A DNA stretch of 64,000 nt, taken from Amoebidium appalachense (Eukaryota; Protista; Ichthyosporea). The notes under the pieces are model-generated. The model saw only the letters and a list, made by a program, of their open reading frames with translations. It searched no databases and had not been told where the DNA came from. The position numbers and the translations under genes are program-made. Location of the stretch: the NCBI GenBank assembly GCA_963693365.1, contig CAVNZM010000012.1:1860001-1924000 (forward strand). Reading direction: 5' to 3'. Numbering within the stretch: position 1 is the stretch's first letter; each line of letters begins with the position of its first letter. This document shows positions 14,531 through 26,269 of the stretch, piece after piece.

Positions 14531-14759
14531 GCCGAGATTCTTTGTTGAACTGCGTCAACAAAATTCCAAACTATAATAACAGACTTCGACTACCCACACA
14601 CTCGGATAATTTGGATGAAGTATTGGCAAAGCTCTAAGCTTATCCTGCTTTTCAAGTTTGTGAACCAACTGTTTTGCGAATTGTGAAGTTGTGCAACGCT
14701 TTTTTCAACACTTGATGTCAAAGCGTTTCCGCGGCGAAATTCCGCCTGGACCTTGGGTA

Positions 14760-14855
14760 GCCAATCAACGCGATGCCGCCACGAAGGGGCTCACAAAAGC
14801 CTTTTTCGGCAAATATTGCAGCCAATCAACAACAGCTTAAATGGTTAGCCAATCC
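14760..14855. promoter_or_regulatory. Three GCCAATC (CCAAT/NF-Y-type) boxes upstream of the amidohydrolase
   Basis: CCAAT at 14761, 14822 and 14849, 230-320 bp upstream of the ATG, in repeat-free sequence. Confidence 0.5.
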
Positions 14856-15610
14856 GTACACGGCCTCACACATTCCTGCTGGAAAACATTTGTTGTCGAT
14901 TCCAAATTTATTTTTCAGTCAACTTTCAACATGTGCAAAGTTTGAAGTCACCCGGGGTCGGTCCTCGAACCCCCGGCTCCCCACGTCGCCACAAAGAAGG
15001 GTGGTCGTGTCTGGGCAGAGGTGTAAGGAGGCGGTGGTATTGCACAGTAAGAACCCTCGTGTGGCGTACATATTAAAAAAAAACTGCAAAAAACAACAGA
15101 TTTTCAGGAGATCTTCAATCTTCTGAATGTACCCACCCCACCTGGCCGCTAGCGCTTACACCTCTGCCCAGACGCGACCACCAACAAGAGTTGTACCTTC
15201 AGGAGGAGTATGTATATATGATTGACTCGAAGGGAGCGCCATTCGCAGGGGAAGGGAGTTAGTCAGCTGCAGGACTGTGAGATTTTGGGAGTAAGGAGGG
15301 AGGGGGGGGGGGGGGGGGGGGGGGGTCCTTGAGACGGGGGAGGGGAGAGGGGGGAGGGGGGAAAGTGGGTCTTGGAAAACGGGTGATTTGAAGATATGAT
15401 ATTTGGCAAAATTTACCATTTGGCGCTTCAAATGGAAAGAGGTGCCATCCCCCCACCCACCCCACCCTCCACCTCCGGATCCTCCCCGGGCCCCCCTCCC
15501 ACACACAAATACACACACACAACACACACACACACACACACATACACACACACACACGAGTCCCTCTGGATCCCCCTCCCCCCCCCAAACATAGCCATCC
15601 ACGCACACGC

Positions 15611-15666
<56 letters not shown>

Positions 15667-15822
15667 ACAACTGTTTTGCATAAAAATACAGATGTAGCCC
15701 CCTTAATTTATTAGACCTAGGTTTTGTTAGCTATTAATTAATTAATTTAAGTGCCCCATTCTTTTCGCTTAGCTGAGACAGTTATCTATCATGATTCATG
15801 ACCAGAACCAACTAGGAGGGGA

Positions 15823-15919
15823 CCTAGCTAGAGTACTGTCGATGCTGGGTGGAAGACGGTAGTTCCCCTTGAGGGCCCCAAGGGGTCCCTCCGGGACGAA
15901 ACGGGATAAAATAAAAAAA
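15823..15919 (+). mobile_element. About 97-bp 5'-truncated 3'-end copy of the LINE family found at 35675-37535
   Basis: Aligns with the reverse complement of about 35675-35773, ends in ATAAAATAAAAAAA, and is flanked by direct repeat AGGAGGGGA (15814-15822, 15920-15928). Confidence 0.85.
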
Positions 15920-16071
15920 AGGAGGGGAAGTAAAGAGAGAAAAAGAAAAAGGACAAAAAAAAAAGAAAGAAAACAACCCCCCCCCCCCCCCCCCCCCCTT
16001 TCCAATGCGCAGTAGTCTTACCACCTTCTACCTCCCATCATGTCAAAAGACTCAACAACACCCCCTCCCCC

Positions 16072-16105
<34 letters not shown>

Positions 16106-16556
16106 ACACACACACCCTTCTCCCCCCCCCCACCCAAAAAGAAAATAAATACATCCATGCAACCCCTCGTGATTATCTTCCCTCCCCCTTCCTCCCCCCT
16201 CCCCCTCCTCCCCCCCCACCCCCACCTTCCCCCTCCCCTCCCCCCACCCGCCCACCCATCCCCTTTTCATTCTTCCTTTATCCCTCCCCCTCCTGTCCCC
16301 AGTGCCCTACGCCTTTCCATGTTCCCTGAAGCTCTTGCAGTGGGCTACCCACGGTTCTAAATCAAACACCTGGTGTATATGCACGTGACCAGTGCATCGT
16401 TGCTCCCTTTTTGTTTAAGTTAGAGCTTTAGCCCAGTCGTGCTCTTGTGATGAATAATCGTTCTGCGTATTGTTGTTGTCTTAATTAACATTTTCCAGTC
16501 GAGAAAGTTAACATAGAGTCCGAATGCTGACTTAATTTGAGTATTTCTCGCTTGCT

Positions 16557-16590
<34 letters not shown>

Positions 16591-17316
16591 TCCCCCCCTT
16601 CCCTATCACCCCCCTCACCCTAAAGCCCTCACCCCTTCATACAAAGACACACACGTACCCAAAGTAGGTGCGATATCCCTGTTCCTCCCCTCCCCCCTTC
16701 CCCTCCCCCCTCCCCCCCCCCCCCCCCCCCCCCCCCCCTCAAACAACAACAAAAAAAAATCATTTCAAGAAAACCTTCCCCACAACACACACTCAGGCTT
16801 ACGAGTCGACAATGTCCATTAGCAGGTGCACGTGTCTGTAAATTACTACCCAAACTCTGACCCTGCAAATTGCGTTTCTTCTAAACCACCACACCGACGA
16901 AGAAGCCTTACGGATTGATCAACTTATAATATCATTCACTTAAAATTTTAAATCTAAAGGGTAGAGCACTACTTTAAAGCAATGCCATATGTGTAGAACT
17001 CGGAACTGGGTTAAATTATATTAAGGACCTGAAGACTGTGCACAACGAGGGAGTAGAAAAAGTGAAAAGAAAAGAAAGAAAGAAAAGGAGAACATGGGCT
17101 TTACAATACCTTTTGCATATTGGGAAGAAAAAGAATAAGACAGGCAGCAACCCCAGCGACAAGGCATCACCCTATACAAGAATACAGCCTTGAATACCAT
17201 ACCAGAATACATCATTGCCCTAGGGGAATACACAAGAGTACATACATGAAAACCAGAATACATCATTGACAGTAGGTCAATACCCAAGAACACCCATTTG
17301 GAATACGAGAATACCT

Positions 17317-17677
17317 CTAGGAGTCACCCTGCACCCAAGGCCTAAACGGTCCCTGCCTTCCCCCGTGATATATGGGCAGGGAGTCAGAGGAGAATGCTTT
17401 CATGCGCTTGGGGGGCAGATATTGCATCTCCGGCTGCCGGCTAGATGTTGTTACGTTTGGACCCGTCGGCATGCCCTCCAGAAGCATGTGGCATACTGTG
17501 TGTGTGTGTGTGTGAATGGGTGTGGGTGTGGGTGTGTGCATGTGAGTGTGCGTGTGCGTGTGCGTGTGCGTGTGCGTGTGCGTGTGTGCGTGTGTGCGTG
17601 TGTGCGTGTGTGCGTGTGCGCGTGTGCGCGTGTGCGCGTGTGCGCGTGTGCGCGTGTGCGCGTGTGCGCATGTGTGG

Positions 17678-17750
<73 letters not shown>

Positions 17751-18240
17751 GTGTGTGTTGTGCGTGTGTGTGTGTGTGTGCGTGTGTGTGCGTGCGTGCG
17801 TGTGCGTGTGTGTGCGTGTTTGTGTGTGTGTGTGTAGAGTCCGTGTATGCGGTGAGTGCGAAGGCGGGCGGATATGTCGGTGGGTGTGGTGGGTGGGTGG
17901 GTAGGTGGGTTGGGGGGGGAAGGGGGGGGGGAAGGGAGGAGGGGAGAGCGAGAGACGTAAGGGCCGTGAAGAAACGGATGGTGTGGGAAGGGTAGAGAGG
18001 GGGGGGGAGGGGGGGATGGGAGATAAGGAGAGGGGAAGAGTGAGGAAGGGAGGGAGGAAGAGAGCTTTGGAAAGAGGACACAGAAAAGGAGGGGATAAAT
18101 CACTGTACGACTGGGAAAAATGGCCCAGGTTGCATGCTTGAGTTAACATTATCATATAAAATTATTTTCATTAACAGTGTTTGAAGATGTCTTGGCCTTC
18201 CGGGGGGGGGGGGGGGGGGGGGGGAGGGAGGGGGGGGAAA

Positions 18241-18274
<34 letters not shown>

Positions 18275-20606
18275 AGCCACGGAACTAACCCTTCACTAAC
18301 ATTGTTTAGGTAGAAATGAGAGAAGGTGTTGAAGTGACTGGCCTGGGGTGGGGTCTGTGTGTGTGTGTGTGTGTTTGGGGGGGGAGGGGGGGGGGGGGCG
18401 GAGGAGGGGGGTTTGCACCTTCAGCCAAACTTTCCAGCCGAGATGGACTTCTACGGCCCCGCTCCCGCTCCGGCTCTTGTTGGCTATTGCCGTAATTTGC
18501 CATTACAGTATCGCAGTTATGGTACCCCCCTGCCGCACGCTCAGGGGGGATCTCGTTTTGATATGGCTGGTAGAACTGGGTGTGTGTGGGGGGTTCCGAG
18601 TGATGACGTGTCCAGGGAGCATGGTGTTGGGGGGGGTGCATGCTGGGGTGTAGGATGATAGGCGGTGTGTGGGTACGATGCTTCCCCTCGGTACGGGTAG
18701 GAATTTTCAGGGGGTGTAAACGGGTGTGGGTGTGGGGGGATGTAGGTCGTGTGCTGTGGATATTGGTGGTGGCTGCTAAGTGGATGTGCCGGTTGGTGGG
18801 GGGGTCTTTCGGCAGCGAATGGGGAAGAAAAACTATTAGCCATATATGGAACAGGGTGGTTGACGGTGTGGGCGTGCCATTGGTGAACGTGCTCCGTTAG
18901 TCTCGGGAGATGAGCGCGGGTCTGATGGGGCGAAATTTCACGGTGCGGAGTTTGGTTGTGAATAGGAAATCCTTGGGGCTGCATTTCACTGTAGCGGGTG
19001 GTCATGTGGCGCGCAGCTGCTGGCTGGGGTGTAGGGGGAGCGCTCATGGGCCGAGTGTACACAGAGGAGCCCTTGGTGCGACATAAGATCGCCCTCTTCT
19101 TCAGTGAATTTGACTGAGATATATCCATAGAGTCCAAATTTGCGGGGGGTTCGAACATGGACGTGGGTTTGTAGGGACTACCGGAGCGACATTGAGAAGT
19201 GGGTGTGGAGGGGACGGCAGGAGAGAACGTTCCCCCTAGATTTCTCTGTTGAACCCCGCCTTGGCTCTTGCTTGAATTTGGTGACTCTTGCGGCCTTGGG
19301 TTGGGGATGGAGGGGGGTTTACTGTTGCCTTTTGGTGGCAGAGTCTTATGGGGTCCTTTAGTGCCGGTGTCCTTTTTGGGTGGAACGAGGCTGTGTGGGT
19401 GTAGGAAGTCAACACATTGGCCAAAGACAATGCAATCTCTGTGCAACACCATCACAACAATACCTCTCCTGTGTGTTTCCACTTCAGGTAACCATAAAAG
19501 CACGAAAAATCACCCACAACACTTAGTTGCTGTATCTTTTTCTTTATTTATTTTCCCCGTTTTTCTTTATTTTTTTCTTTTTCTTTGTCTTTCTCTTTTT
19601 ACTTTTGGGGGGGAGGGGGGGGGGGGGGGGGGGGGGGAGTCTATAACTCTTCCTGTCTGGGTAGAAAACCCAAAGAGGAGCCGTAAAACGTATAGCCGAG
19701 TATTTGCAATATGCAAAGTGAGGGAAGTAGGCCTTTTGGGGGTGGGGGGAGGAGGGGGAGAGGGGAAGGGGGGGGGGGGGGGGGGGGGAGGGGGGGATGT
19801 ATGTGCACGCGCGTACCCATGCGTGTGTGTGTCTGTGTATGCCCCTGTCCGTGTTTGCTTGTTCGGAAAGAGGGGTTAGGGGGGGTGGGGGAGGGGGGGT
19901 CATTCTCTTCACCCACGTGATTGGCTTTGGAAACAGCTCGTGTTCCTCCAGATAGTATTCGACAAGACGGAGAGTACTGTCTGGGTCGGCAAAGGTCTTT
20001 TTCTGCGCATATCGAGAAGAATTCTAGGGTGTCTCTCAAGTGTATGGTGATAGTTTTTTTAAATGATATATAGAGATAACACATGATATATACACTGGCA
20101 CCTAATGTGAACATTGGGCGTGGATGTCAGGTCAGATTTGCAATATATTAGAGATTAGATAGCAGGATATTTTTGCATAGAATGATTATGATGTGAATGG
20201 TATTTTTTAAATTACTGTATGAAGAGGGTATTTTCAGGTAATATTTGCACATGCATGGGGGTTAGATCCGAGGCCACATATCATAAGGAACATGTTCAAG
20301 CCATATTTGCACATGCATATAAGGCCTGGATGTGAGGGTCTATGTGGGTATATTTGATTGCGTGTATGGGAATGAAAGCTGGAACCGGGTACTTTTGCAT
20401 GTACAAAGATGAAAGAAATCTGTGTATTTGTGCATCAAAATCTAATCGGATAGATTTCAGGGGTCGCACATAGGTAAGGGGTACATCCCTGATTGCCCAC
20501 ACATTTGGATGGAATGCATGTAGGGTTATGCTCATAACCCAACCTGCAGCAACATTCAGATGAAGTAGAACGAGGAGCGGGAGGGGGGTGGGTGGGGGGA
20601 GGGGGG

Positions 20607-20638
<32 letters not shown>

Positions 20639-20940
20639 AGGGGGGGGGGGGGGGGGAGGCAAGGTAAGGGGGATATATTGAGTGAAATGGGGGAGGGGGG
20701 GGGGAGGGGGAGAGGGGGGGGGGGGGGGGAGTACACAGCCAGGGGGAACGGAGGGAGAGGACGAAGGGGAGACGGAGGGGGGAAGGGTGCCGGGGGGAGG
20801 GGGGAGGGGGGAGGGGTATTGCACACCATTAGGCCTCCCGGTTTCTCGATACGTCTCAGTTTGCCAGTTTCATTATGGAATTCGATCTCCTTGTAGATCT
20901 GTGATTGATTATTGTTAATAGTGTGTGCGTGTGGGTGGGT

Positions 20941-20998
<58 letters not shown>

Positions 20999-21677
20999 TG
21001 GGGTGATGAGGGGGGAAGGGGGAGGACGAATTTGGACATGGGATGCACTAGTTCGCGATTGAATTCCTAAATGTGCCTGATAGCTATGTATGCTTCGCTA
21101 ATATGATCTGATTGGTTCCAAACGTTTTAAGGACGTAGCTGGGCCAAAGGGCAATCCACGGCCGCTAAAGGCAGTTTACGTCCGATTTTGCTTAGAAAAG
21201 GAGTTTTAGTCTATTAGGAAAAGTTATTAGTTTATTAGGAAAAGTTATAGGAAATGCGAAAACGCGCAATATTTATATGGAAAGTCGGGGAGGTCCGGTG
21301 CCTTCTTCACCGTCAACATCAACAAAAACCGTCAAATTTGGGTTGACTTGGCCGCCGACTGTCAAATTTTTTTCAACCATCGTCTATACGAGATTGGTGT
21401 TTTTGCCTGTTTTGACCACGAAGAAAACACCGGACACCCCATGTTCTTTATATACTAATGCACGTCGCTCATATTGCCAAAGCATTTGTTATATGGCCAA
21501 AGCTTGTTTTCTATACAAAGTTTGGACTTTGTATGCTTTAAGTGGATTTTGACTATGGCCGCCGATCTCGCAGACCCTACTTTTTTCAGAATCCTTGAAT
21601 TTAGAGTGAAGTAAAAGATTGAAATTTCCAATTAGTCATCGCGAACTCGTGGATAAGAGAAAGATGGTGTGTGTGTT

Positions 21678-21709
<32 letters not shown>

Positions 21710-22267
21710 ATGTTTGGGGGCGAAGGGGGGGGGGGGGGGGGGGGGACGAGGGGTTCGAAATTTACCATGACTCTACCCCCCGGGTGGTAGCTGTCACTCC
21801 AGTTGAAGCCATCCGTCCAGCGCTTGATGCCCGTCTTTTCGCTGCAGTCGTACACATAGCCCTGTCCTGGAATAGCACACCCCACAGTTAGTAAACAAAT
21901 TTGGGTCAGGTGTACCAGTTCACACCCAACTGCCACACACGCATACATGCACACACCCCTCCCTCACTTGCTCGTGGCTCCACGAATTAGTCCCCCTCCT
22001 CCCCCCTCCTCCCCCCTCCCCCCCTTTGTTTTTTGGGGGGTGTGGGTGGGTGGGTGGGTGGGTGGGGGGGGGGGGGGGAGGGGGGGAGGTAAGGAGGGAA
22101 AGGAAGGGGAGGGAGGGAGGGAGTAGAGAGAAAAAATGTGAAAAAGTGGAAAAATTCAGATAAGTTGAAACTTACAGTGGATAAACATTCTCAGGAAAGG
22201 AAACCCCCATAGCAAAAAGAAATAGGCAAACTGAGTACAACCCGACAGAACTTCTGTGTGCTGTGTG

Positions 22268-22307
<40 letters not shown>

Positions 22308-22579
22308 CGTGTTTAGGTGGGTGTGTTGGTGGGTGGATGGCTGTGGTAAAGGTAGAAGCCAAATGGGAAGGGAAGGGGTTTACCTGGCTGAATTCCATCC
22401 TTAAAGGCATGCAGCCTTCTGCCAATCAGACGGCATGTCCCTTTCTTGCATGCATTAAAGACCTCCCTGGCAGCAGGCAGGTCCACCACATGCCCATAAA
22501 AAGAAGGTTCCGTCCCCTCGGTGTCTGCTGGGGGGAACTCCTGGGAGCTGCCGAGGCTCTGCGGTGTATCGCACTCCAT
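17317..22579 (-). CDS. Gti1/Pac2 (WOPR, Wor1/Mit1-like) transcription factor. Exons 22579-22384, 21866-21766, 20898-20827, 20002-19917, 19390-18419 (frame break near 18640), 17495-17317
   Basis: PSFYGHVVD..AREVFNAC..G...IGRRL; GQGYVYDCSEKTGIKRWTDGFNWS; IYKE; GGLM|KKTF...LVEYY are the WOPR a/b motifs, followed by a P/H/Q-rich tail. Confidence 0.88.
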
Positions 22580-23861
22580 CGCTGATATCTGATTGGTTAG
22601 TAGGTAATAGGTGTGCGTTTTTTGTTTGTTTGTTTGTTTGTTTTTTTTGGTTTTTTTTTTGGGGGGGGGGGAGGAGGGGAGGGGTCAGAGTCTGTGTAGA
22701 CTTGACGTGGGGGGGAGGAGGGCGGGGGGAGGGAGGAGGAGGGGGGAGTAGGGGGGAGGATATAAGGGAGGAGGGGAGAGATGGGGGAGAGGCAAAAATA
22801 TACATGCAAAGAGAATGATTGGGCTGGGGTGCAGAGGAAGGGTGGGGTTGGAAGGTGGATTTGGTTGGGGAAAAGGAGAGGGGGAAGAATGGTGAGAAAC
22901 CTATGATGTAAAATAAGTGCACCCTTTGTGTGGTTGTTGCAGTATGTGTTTATGGTTGCGGAGGGGGCGGGACGGGGTAGGGAGGGGAGAAGAGGAGGGG
23001 GGGGAGAAGAGGAGGGGGGCGGGGGGGCGAGGGGGGGGGGGGGAGGAGGAGGAGTCAAAAGTAGAGGCCACAGATCTAGAGGGGTACCTTGATGAATTCA
23101 TGTGGTAAAAATATAAATAAAAAAATAGATTGTTTTTTTGACCCGAAGACGAAGCAACGAAGGGTTGTGGACACAGAATCGATCGAAGAGGTGACTACCA
23201 TTGTGACATGAAAATGATGAAATAACTGAAAATAATATAATTTTTGTTTCTGAATAAAGAAGAAATTCCGGGGGGGGGGGGGGGGGGGGGGGGGGGGACG
23301 GGCAGTTAATTCCTCGTTTCTTTTATTTTATTTTCCTTTCTTTTCTATTCTTAATGTGTTAACAATAAAGTTAAAAAAGCTTGGGGGCACATAGCTGGCC
23401 GATTTTTAGATATTATAATTTAGAGCATGTACAGCTCGGACTACACGCTAGCTAGTTCCTTTGTTGTCATTTTGCTGCGATTCAAACGGCCGTTCTAATA
23501 GCTCGGAACCAATAAGTTTTTCCTTAAGTACCATGCTTTTCCATTCCCCCCTCCCCCCCCAAACCTCCTCTTCCATCAAGACTTTGGGCAAAGCAGCATT
23601 TCTTTTGTTTTCCTTTTTTTTCCCCCCCGATTTAGTTTTTTGTTGTTGTTGTTGTTTTCTTCCTCATTTGCAAACAGAAAAATTCGAAATGTGCATGTCA
23701 CGGTGCGCGTCAGATAATGATGTGTGCATCATTGTGTGTTTTGCACATCGGCAGTAGCTCACATACAAAGGGTTGGAAGGGAGGGTTTGTGTGAAGCTTG
23801 GAGTTGGGGCTGGTGTTAAGATTATCTTCTTTCTTTTGGCGTGTGTGCACAAAGGAGGTGG

Positions 23862-23893
<32 letters not shown>

Positions 23894-26269
23894 AGGTAAT
23901 AAGCCACAACTTGAACCCGCACGAATAACACGGCAATAAATGTTGTACATAAGGGCACGGGGCACAGAGCATTTTGGTCAGAGAAGCGTCGGCTCTGAAA
24001 TTATTAACTAACAGGTGCTCGCTGAGCTGCTATAAACTGGAATTTTTTTTTAACCAGAGCTCAAAGGACAGAAGGAGGGGGGGGGGGAGGGGGGGGGGGA
24101 GTTTTGAGAAAAATCGAGAGGGTGATACATTGTAAACTAAACAACATGGTTGTAAAAAGAAGCAGAATGGCAAATCGCGGTGCAAAAAGTTTAACTGCAT
24201 TGGTATGCATCAAGTAAAAAGGGAGAGAGAAAACAACAACGAAAAAAAAAAGAAGGAAAAAGGAATAAAACCATAGGAAAACCCACCTAGTCTCCTGTAC
24301 TGTGCAGAAGGAGTCTTGACTAAGTTCCACTCAGTGTCTTTCCACTCCCAACCTTGCGGAGTTTCTTTACGTTTCAAAAAGTGCTATTTCGCCAGCAAAT
24401 CTTGGGCAAGGAAACGACAACTAGTTGTAAAAAAACAGGAAAATAAAATGGCCTGGTGACCTGCTGTCACGCGTTTTCAATTTTCTCGTTTCTTTCCCTT
24501 TACCTTGCACCTTTTTCAGTTAATGTTAGGGGGTTGATTAGCACCAAGCACTCATACCTCTGCTCACAACACCTTCTACCTTCCACTAGGTGTGCTAAGA
24601 AGGGCAAAAAAAGACTTCGTTATGGTTCTAGAACACGCAAATTTTTATGGACCTTATTGTGCGTGTGCGTATATTTCCTCCCTCGCAACTTGTAATTTTT
24701 ATTTTATTTTATAATGACTTTATTAATATTTCACGGACTGAAATCGTGAAGCCTTTCGGTGGAGGCTTGCCCGCAAAAGAATGCGGGGGAGCAGACCCTA
24801 AATGCACAAGAACACACCTGGGCGGTACCAGGCGGTAATAAGATTGCATGCTTTAGAGCTAATCAGCAGAAATAACTAAACATAAAAGAATAAACGGACG
24901 TTTACACGCAGAGAGCTACCTATGAGCGTGGGCTTGTTGAGTGGGCTTTCTTGCCGTTTCTGGCTGGGAATGCCTTGGTGCGCGTTCATTGGCTGAACAT
25001 GCACCGCCGGCAATGGAGCGTTTTAATTGGCCAATATACAGCTGCAGGAATTTCTGGCGGTACCATATAAGGCTATTTTGAAGTTATTCGCCACTCACCT
25101 ATTGCTTACGCATCATTTATTTACGTTGACCGCCTATAGTCCAATCATATATACAGTGAGCAGCACGCTCAATACATTCCAGGCAAGATCTACTTCTATT
25201 CGACCTCACGGCCCCTCCTCCGAAACGGCTTTTTTCTTTCGCAATGAGTCCATGGCCTTTTTTGGATCCCAGAATCCATGTATGATGCAACTCTGTACAG
25301 CGCACACAGCCATAAGTAGCAGTGTAGCACGCGGAGAACACTCCATGTCTGAAAAGAGGTGGGTGCACAACGCCATTATCAATGTTGGTCTAAATCCGAA
25401 CGTCCATCCTTTTTCTTTGTGTCTCTTATAGTTTGAAAGCTGTCATGTCATAGTATGGTGACAGCATTGGAGAAAGGCTGTCCAGCTGAACGGTTTGGAA
25501 ATTTTGGGGAGGCAGCAAGGGATGATGGGGCCGGGTGTACACGTGCCGCCATCAACCGCCTTACTTTCACATAGGCGCACGCACACGTGCACGAGAGGTC
25601 ATCCGCTATATTGATTTACAGATTGCCGGGCAAGTTGCTGCAGCTGTAGTACAGTAGACGTACACGTATCTTTGGATGTTTTGGGGGCATAAGTACACAC
25701 ATTGGAAACCGTTGCAGTGAAAAGAGGAAGAGCATTTGAAACACAGCGAAAGCTGGAGTATCTAGTAACTTACTTGAATGTTCGTGGGTACGTCCGCATC
25801 GTTATTTACACATCATGATCATGGAGCAACTTCGATGCTTCAGATCTAGACCTCTTTTTGTTGTCTGGTCACCAAGAAGTTGAACGTAAGTGAGTATTAT
25901 TATTCCGTGCTTGCTGACATGTGTACGTTATGTCTTGTTTGCCAGCCCTGTCAGCCGACTCAGCGGTTGGGTTCAGCTGACCCTAATTTTGGTTCACAGG
26001 TTAAAGTGAACGGCGTGAAATACACGTGCATGCATGTCACTGTTGTGCATGTGCATGTACACGCGTCTTCCCTCGAAATGCTGGGTTTTGGAGAGCTTGA
26101 CACGGGCCCGGGTATAAAAAAGAAAATATGTCGTCCGTTTGTGCACACAGCGAGTACGGTGTTCGGATGCCGGCCAAGAGTGTGGTGTCTTTCAATAATA
26201 TTATACAACCATTTTGTAAAGGAAAACTTTGCATCCTAGTTTTCCGTGTTTGCAAACACAAAAGGCACC

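Noticed and set aside
20020-20062. KKTITIH segment as the WOPR KKT exon
   Set aside because: It has no AG acceptor; exon 20002-19917 (KKTF...LVEYY) fits both motif and phase.
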